DNA of 64,000 nucleotides from a virus (Duplodnaviria; Heunggongvirae; Uroviricota; Caudoviricetes): IMG/VR virus record IMGVR_UViG_2728369393_000007; one strand, 5' to 3'. Shown piece by piece: positions 56,570 to 64,000 of this stretch (position 1 is its first letter; each line of letters starts with the position of its first letter). The notes under the pieces were generated by a model. It saw only the letters and a program-made list of their open reading frames with translations, ran no database searches and was not told where the DNA came from. The position numbers and the translations under genes were made by a program.

Positions 56570-59177
56570 ATGGCAGGTAATTTTGCCGATCTGACAGCCG
56601 TGCTGACACTGATTCTGCCGTTTTTCTGAAGAGGCAGCGGGTAAAAAGAGCTGGGTGAACCAGTGCGCTTGCTGATTTGATGTCCGGGAAAGTCAGTCAG
56701 TCTTTCAGAAAACAGGCTGATGCTGCTGAGCAGAGTCTGAGCCGACAGCGCTGCTGCACAAAAGCCGGGATACTCAGTCGGACAGTATAAGGCTGCCATG
56801 CGCACACTGCCCGCACAGTTCACGGATATTGTCACTCAGCTTGCCGTGGTCAGAATCCCTTCCTTATCATGCTGCAGCAGGGGGGGCAGATCAGCGATTC
56901 ATTCGGTGGACCGCTCAGCCTGCTTACCCTGCTGAAGGAGGAACTTCTCGGATCAGGGATGCCTCTGAATCATCAGAGGAGTCGCTGTCAGATACGCAAA
57001 TGCACTGCTGAAAATGCCCGGAATGCCGGTGAGCTGGACGATTTATGTCGGTGGCCCGTGTGGCGGCAGGTGGCGGGGTTGCCGTACTGGCCGCGCTTGC
57101 TCCGCCGCCTGGCAGGCAGAGCAGGCTGACCGGGCCTTATTGCGTTCACTGACCCTGACCGGAGGGGCTGCTGCCACCACAACGGCAGAATTGTGGAAAA
57201 TGGCCGGGGTGATCAGCGATGAAGCCGGTGTGGTATCAGACAGGCGGCAGAAAATCTGGCCCGTCTGGCAGAAAGCGGGAAATATACCGCCGGGCAGCTA
57301 CGGATCATGGGGAAACCTCTCAGAGATGGCTGCAGACGGTGGGGGACGATGCCGGGAAGGTGGAAAAAGCCTTTGAAGGATTGCAGCAGATCCGGTGAAG
57401 CGCTGCCTCCTGAATCAGCAGTATAACTTCCTGAGCGTTTCCAGTTACGCCATATTGATGAGCTTGAGCGCACGAAAGTAAACAGGCTGCGGTGACGGAG
57501 GCGATGTCCCTGTTTGCGGATGTCATGAATGCACGTCTGGAGCAACTTGATAAAGCGGCCACGCCGGTGGAAAAAATCTGGGACGATGTTAAAACCTGGA
57601 CTTCTGACGCATGGGCATGGATAGGTGATCATACACTGGGGCACTCAGTCTGATCACTGACGTGGTGGCCGGAACCGTTGAACAAGTGAAGCTGCTGCTT
57701 GTGCAGGGGGATCTGGCGCTGGCTGAATTTATTCAGTCAGCCTGGGAAACGACAAAGAATGTGCCCGGCGTTGGTGCGTTGTTTGGTGAACTGGCAGAAG
57801 AGAACCGCGTATTTATTGAGAAAACAAAACGTGATGAACTGGCGCTGAGAAAATCCATTGCGGAACGGGATGCGCGTATACGCCAGGGGGAAATGGGGTA
57901 CATCAACCGTTCGCGTGCAACAGGCGTCAGCAAAGGTCCGGGGCAGCAGGAAGCCGTCAGCCGTCTGGCTGAAGAGCTGACAGGTAAAAAGCATACATCA
58001 CGAAAACGCGCTCTGCCGGGAGAGGGAAGAGGAGCAGGCAAGAGAGGCTCTGCTTGCCCTTGAAGCTGAGCTCAGGACGCTGGAAAAACACAGCGGTGCG
58101 AATGAGAAAATCAGCCGGCAGCGCCGTGATTTATGGAAGGCGGAAAGTCAGTATGCGGTCCTGAAAGAGGCTGCCACGAAACGACAGTTATCTGAGCAGG
58201 AAAAATCCTGCTGGCGCATAAAGACGAGACGCTGGAGTACAAACGCAGCTGGCTGAGCTGGGCGACAAGGTTGAATACCAGAAACGCCTGAATGAGCTGG
58301 CACAGCAGGCGGTGCGGTTTGAAGAGCAACAGAGCGCGAAGCAGGCCGCCATCAGCGCAAAAGCCGCGGTCTCACTGACCGTCAGGCGCAGCGGAGTCTG
58401 AAGCGCAGCGTCTTCGGGACGTGTACGGTGATAATCCGGCTGCGCTGGCGAAGGCCACATCGGCACTGAAGAACACCTGGTCTGCGGAGGAGCAGCTTCG
58501 TGGAAGCTGGATGGCCGGGCTGAAGTCCGGCTGGGGCGAGTGGGCGAAAGTGCGACGGACAGTTTTTCGCAGGTTAAAAGTGCTGCCACGCAGACCTTTG
58601 ACGGTATTGCACAGAATATGGCGGCGATGCTGACCGGTGCAGAGGCAGACTGGCGGGGATTCACCGTTCGGTGCTGTCCATGATGACAGAAATCCTGCTT
58701 AAACAGGCCATGGTGGGCATTGTCGGGCGTATCGGCAGCGCCATTGGCGGTGCTTTCGGTGGTGGTGCATCTGCTTCCTCGGGGACGGCCATTGAGGCTG
58801 CGGCGGCGAACTTCCATTTCGCGACCGGAGGATTTACGGGGACGGGCGGCAAATATGAGCCTGCGGGATAGTTCACCGCGGGAGTTTGTTTTCACGAAAG
58901 AGGCAACCAGCCGGATAGGTGTGGGGAATCTTTACCGTCTGATGCGCGGCTATGCGGAAGGTGGTTATGTGGGTGGTGCCGGAAGTCCGCGCAGATGCGG
59001 CGGGCGGAAGGCATTAATTTTAATCAGAACAATCACGTGGTGATTCAGAACGACGGTATCAACGGACAGGCGGGCCGCAGCTGATGAAGGCGGTGTATGA
59101 CATGGCCGCAAGGGGCGCAGGATGAACTCCGGCTGCAGTTGCGTGATGGCGGTATGTTATCAGGGAGCGGGCGATGA
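56570..59177 (+). pseudogene. lambda H-like tape measure, multiply frameshifted
   Basis: Fragments …LQQGGQISDSFGG…, …MLSMMTEILLKQAMVGIVGRIGSAIGG…HFATGGFTGTGGKYEPAG…, …FVFTKEATSRIGVGNLYRLMRGYAEGGY… spread over three frames. Confidence 0.7.
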
Positions 59178-59503
59178 AAACCTTTCGCTGGAAAGTGAAG
59201 CCGGATATGGAGGTGAACTCGCAGCCATCGGTGCGTGAAGTGCGTTTTGGTGACGGGTACTCACAGCGTATGGCGGCAGGGCTGAATGCTGACCTGAAAA
59301 CATACCGTGTGACGCTTTCCGTGACCGGGAGGAGGCCCGGCATCTGGAAGCGTTCCTGGCAGAGCACGGAGGCTGGAAGGCATTTTTGTGGAAGCCACCC
59401 TATGCATACCGGCAGATAAAGGTGACCTGTGCCGGGTGGTCTGCGCGGGTCGGGATGTTGCGCGTTGAGTTCAGCGCGGAGTTTAAGCAGGTGGTGAACT
59501 GAT
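59174..59503 (+). pseudogene. minor tail protein M, frameshifted
   Basis: MKTFRWKVKPDMEVNSQPSVREVRFGDGYSQR… then frame change. Confidence 0.7.
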
Positions 59504-60193
59504 GCAGGATATTCACGAAGAAAGTCTGAACGAGTCGGTTAAATCAGAGCAGTCACCGCGGTGGTACTCTGGAAATCGACCTGACGGTACAGGGTGGTGA
59601 GCGGTATTTTTTCTGCAATGAGCTGAATGAAAAAGGGGAGGCGGTTACCTGGCAGGGGCGGCAATATCAGGCATACCCGATTGACGGCAGTGGCTTTGAG
59701 ATGAACGGGAAGGGCAGCAGTGCCCGCCGTCGCTGACGGTGTCCAATCTGTTCGGTCTTGTCACCGGGATGGCGGAGGATTTGCAGAGCCTGGTGGGTGC
59801 CACGGTGGTCCGCCGCCGGGTGTATGCCCGTTTTCTGGATGCGGTGAACTTTGTGGCAGGCAATCCGGAAGCGGACCCGGAGCAGGAGCTGACTGACCGG
59901 TGGGTGGTGGAGCAGATGTCATCGCTGACGGCCATGACGGCCTCGTTTGTGCTGGCCACACGACCGAGACGGACGGGCGCTGTTTCCGGTCGCATCATGC
60001 TGGCGAACACCTGTATGTGGGATTACCGGGGAGATGAATGCGGGTATAACGGTCCTGCGGTGGCGGATGAGTTCGACAACCCACCACGGATATCCGTAAG
60101 GACAGATGCAGCAAGTGCATGCGCGGGTGTGAGATGCGCGGCATGGCGGTCAATTTTGGCGGTTTCCTTTCCATCAATAAACTTTCGCAGTAA
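59502..60193 (+). pseudogene. minor tail protein L, frameshifted
   Basis: Same N-terminus as 24373 copy; two 1-bp deletions in G runs near 59565-59585. Confidence 0.7.
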
Positions 60194-60197
60194 ATCC

Positions 60198-60940
60198 ATG
60201 ACAGAGACAGAATCAGCGATTCTGGCGCATGCCCGGCGGTGTGCGCCTGCGGAGTCTTGCGGCTTCGTGATAAGCACGCCGGAGGGTGACCGGTACCAGC
60301 CGTGCGTGAATATCTCTGCAGAGCCTGAGGCATATTTTCGTATTGCCCCGGAAGACTGGCTGCGGGCAGAGATGCAGGGGGAGATTGTGGCACTGGTCCA
60401 CAGCCATCCCGGTGGCCTGCCCTGGCTGAGCGAGGCCGACCGGCGGCTGCAGATAAAAAGTGCCCTGCCCTGGTGGCTGGTCTGCCGGGGGACATTCATA
60501 AATTCCGCTGTGTGCCGCACCTGACCGGGCGTCGTTTTGAACACGGGGTGACGGACTGTTACACGCTGTTCCGGGATGCCTACCATCTGGCGGGAATTGA
60601 TATGCCGGATTTTGAGCGTGAGGATGACTGGTGGCGCAACGGTCAGAACCTTTACCTGGACAATATGGCGGTCACCGGCTTTTACCGGGTGCCCCTGTCC
60701 TCTGCACAGCCGGGCGATATCCTGCTGTTCTGCTTCGGCGCATCGGTGGCTAATCATGCCGCCATTTACTGCGGCAACGGTGAACTGCTTCACCATATTC
60801 CTGAACAACTGAGTAAACGGGAGAGGTATTCCGAAAAATGGCAACGACGAACGCATTCTGTCTGGCGTCACCGCCACTGGCACACATCTGCCTTCACGGG
60901 GATTTACAACGATTTGGCCGCCGCCTCAGCCTGTATGTGA
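60198..60940 (+). pseudogene. tail assembly protein K, frameshifted
   Basis: Matches 25082 copy; frame change near 60480. Confidence 0.7.
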
Positions 60941-61516
60941 ACACGGCAGCGGAAGCCATTCGCGCCCTGTCGATGCAGATGCCGGGCTTTCGCCTTCAGA
61001 TGAACGAAGGCTGGTACCAGATACGTATTGCCGGTGAAGACACGGCACCGGAGGTGGTGTACGCCCGCCTTCACGAACAGCTGGGTGAGGGAACGGTCAT
61101 CCATATTGTGCCGCGACTGGCCGGGGCCGGAAAAGGCGGACTGCAGATTGTGCTGGGGGCGGCGGCCATCGTGGGGTCGTTCTTCACGGCCGGGGCATCA
61201 ATGGCGTTATGGGGTTCAGCCCTGGCAGCTGGTGGTTTTTCTGCCACCACGATGCTGTTTTCACTGGGGGCCAGCATGATTCTGGGTGGTGTGGCCCAGA
61301 TGCTGGCCCGAAGGCAAAAACACCGGATTACCGCGCAACGGATAACGGCAGACAGAACACGTATTTTTCCTCACTGGACAACATGATTGCTCAGGGGAAC
61401 CGATGCCGGTGCCTTACGGTGAAATGCTGGTTGGCTCCCGGCGAATCTCCCAGGACATCAGTACCCGTGATGAAGGCGGTGGCGGAAAGGTCGTGGTTAT
61501 CGGGCGGCAGGCATAA
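60838..61516 (+). pseudogene. tail assembly protein I, frameshifted
   Basis: MATTNAFCLASPPLAHICLHGDLQRFGRRLSLYVNTAAEAIRAL…; C-terminal …DEGGGGKVVVIGRQA in another frame. Confidence 0.7.
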
Positions 61517-61748
61517 AAGCGAAAAAATCCCGCAGTGACCGAAGGCTGCGGGAACAGAAAATGAAGATTAACCACAGGGAGTTTTGTTTTTATTGGCCGA
61601 AAAAACTGTAACGCCCGGAATGATATCCGCCACGGGGCGTACAGAAAATGTGAAGATATTCAGAATTTTTATTCAGTCATGATACAGGCATCCTCCGGGA
61701 TGCCTGTTGTTTTTGTGCGTAACAGTTATCACAGTAAAGGGTGAGACA

Positions 61749-64000
61749 ATGGGCAAAGGTGGCGGCAAGGCGCACACGCCGGTAGAGGCAAAGGACAATC
61801 TTAAGTCCACGCAGATGATGAGCGTGATTGATGCCATTGGTGAAGGGCCGATTGAAGGTCCGGTGAAGGGGTTGCAGAGTATCCTGGTGAACAAAACCCG
61901 CTGACGGACACGGACGGTAATCCTGTGATACATGGTGTGACAGCGGTCTGGCGCGCCGGGGAGCAGGAGCAGACACCGCCGGAAGGTTTTGAGTCATCCG
62001 GCTCTGAAACCGCACTGGGCGTGGAAGTGACGAAGGCAAAGCCGGTGACGCGCACCATTACGTCCGCGAACATTGACCGCCTGCGGGTCACCTTCGGGTG
62101 CAGTCACTGGTGCAGACCACGTCAAAGGGTGACCGAAACCCGACATCCGTCCGCCTGCTGATTCAGTTACAGCGTAACGGTAACTGGGTGACGGAAAAGG
62201 ATGTCACCATTAACGGCAAGACCACCTCACAGTACCTGGCGTCGGTGATTCTGGAGAATCTGCCTCCCCGTCCCTTTAACATCCGGATGGTCCGGGAGAC
62301 GGCGGACAGCACCACGGACCAGCTGCAGAACAGAACGCTGTGGTCGTCATACACCGAAATCATCGATGTGAAACAGTGCTACCCGAACACGGCCATTGTG
62401 GGGCTGCAGGTGGATGCGGAGCAGTTCGGCGGCCAGCAGATGACGGTGAACTACCATATCCGCGGTCGCATCATCCAGGTGCCGTCAAACTATGACCCGG
62501 AAAAACGCACGTACAGCGGTATCTGGGACGGCAGTCTGAAACCGGCATACAGCAACAATCCGGCCTGGTGTCTGTGGGACATGCTGACTCACCCGCGCTA
62601 CGGGATGGGGAAACGCCTGGGGGCCGCGGACGTGGACAAATGGGCGCTGTATGCCATCGGGCAGTACTGTGACCAGCGTGTCCCGGACGGCTTCGGAGGG
62701 ACAGAGCCGCGGATGACCTTTAATGCGTACCTGTCACAACAGCGTAAGGCGTGGGACGTTCTCAGTGATTTCTGCTCGGCGATGCGCTGTATGCCGGTAT
62801 GGAACGGCCAGACGCTGACGTTCGTTCAGGACCGCCCGTCGGATGTGGTGTGGCCGTACACCAACTGCGATGTGGTGGTGGATGATAACGGCGTGGGGTT
62901 TCGCTACAGCTTCAGCGCCCTGAAGGACCGCCACACGGCGGTGGAGGTGAATTACACCGACCCGCAGAACGGCTGGCAGACCTCCACGGAACTGGTGGAA
63001 GACCCGGAAGCCATACTGCGCTACGGGCGCAACCTGCTGAAGATGGATGCGTTCGGCTGCACCAGTCGCGGTCAGGCCCACCGTGCCGGGCTGTGGGTGA
63101 TAAAGACCGGACTGCTGGAAACGCAGACGGTGGATTTCACGCTCGGGTCACAGGGGCTGCGTCACACACCCGGTGACATTATTGAAATCTGTGATAACGA
63201 CTATGCCGGGACCCTGACCGGCGGACGTATCCTGTCCATCGATGCCGCCAGCCGCACCCTGACACTGGACCGTGAGGTGACCCTGCCGGAGACAGGTGCC
63301 GCCACGGTGAACCTGATTAACGGCAGCGGTAAGCCGGTGAGTGTGGACATCACCGCACACCCGCGCCGGACCGGATACAGGTCAGTACCCTGCCGGATGG
63401 CGTGGAGACATACGGTGTGTGGGGACTCTCCCTGCCGTCACTGCGTCGTCGCCTGTTCCGCTGTGTCTCCATCCGGGAAAACACGGACGGCACCTTTGCC
63501 ATTACGGCGGTGCAGCACGTACCGGAAAAAGAAGCCATCGTGGATAACGGGGCGCACTTTGACGGCGACCAGAGCGGCACCCTGAACAGCGTCATCCCTC
63601 CGGCAGTGCAGCACCTGACGGTGGAGGTGAGCGCGGCTGACGGTCAGTATCTGGCACAGGCGAAATGGGACACGCCGCGGGTGGTGAAGGGTGTGCGCTT
63701 CAGTCTGCGCCTGACCAGCGGAAGCGGAGAAGACAGCCGTCTGGTGACCACCGCCATCACTGCGGATACAGAGCATCGTTTCAGTGGTCTGCCGCTCGGG
63801 AATACACCCTGACAGTCAGGGCAATTAACAGTTATGGCCAGCAGGGCGAACCGGCCACCACCACCTTCCGGATTAACGCACCGGCAGCGCCTGCCGGTGT
63901 TGAACTGACGCCGGGGTATTTTCAGATAACGGCAGTCCCGAAACTGACCATTTATGACCGACGGTGCAGTTTGAGTTCTGGTTTTCGGAGGCAAAAATTG
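61749..64000 (+). pseudogene. host specificity protein J, multiply frameshifted, runs off window
   Basis: MGKGGGKAHTPVEAKDNLKSTQMMSVIDAIGEGPIEG… continuing in several frames. Confidence 0.7.

Noticed and set aside
58188-58895. 235-aa minus-strand ORF in prophage B
   Set aside because: Antisense to lambda H-like remnant; Ala/Arg/Ser-rich composition typical of shadow ORFs

Overview
64-kb accessory region with the hallmarks of an attaching-and-effacing E. coli (EHEC/EPEC-type) chromosome: two adjacent defective lambdoid prophages and a type III effector locus. Prophage A (~1-41,000, + strand): replication genes, nin-region cargo (orphan periplasmic binding protein, hokD toxin, DUF968, RusA), Q antiterminator, three tRNA(-like) genes, a decayed TerB-like gene where stx normally sits, NanS-p esterase, lysis cassette (holin, SAR endolysin, Rz/Rz1), PerC-family pch regulator, HNH-terS-terL (terL split by a 1264-bp IS600-like element), protease-capsid fusion, portal, tape measure, tail genes M/L/K, an in-frame I::J fusion and frameshifted J/tail fibre. 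The effector locus (nleA, nleH, nleF, two nleG, espM) is interrupted by IS remnants, a lambda-type integrase pseudogene and recurring junction repeats. Prophage B (41.4-64 kb): int/xis, left-operon cargo (SPFH lipoprotein and unknown gene pairs), cI/cro immunity region, Rha regulators, replication genes (O-like, DnaC-like, DnaB-like), an inverted DUF968 gene, decayed Q, a truncated methyltransferase and a heavily frameshifted lambda-like tail cluster (G/T/H/M/L/K/I/J) running off the window. No CRISPR array or rRNA. All protein identities come from motif recognition and recalled family sequences, not from database searches; coordinates of starts are by ORF plus RBS inspection.
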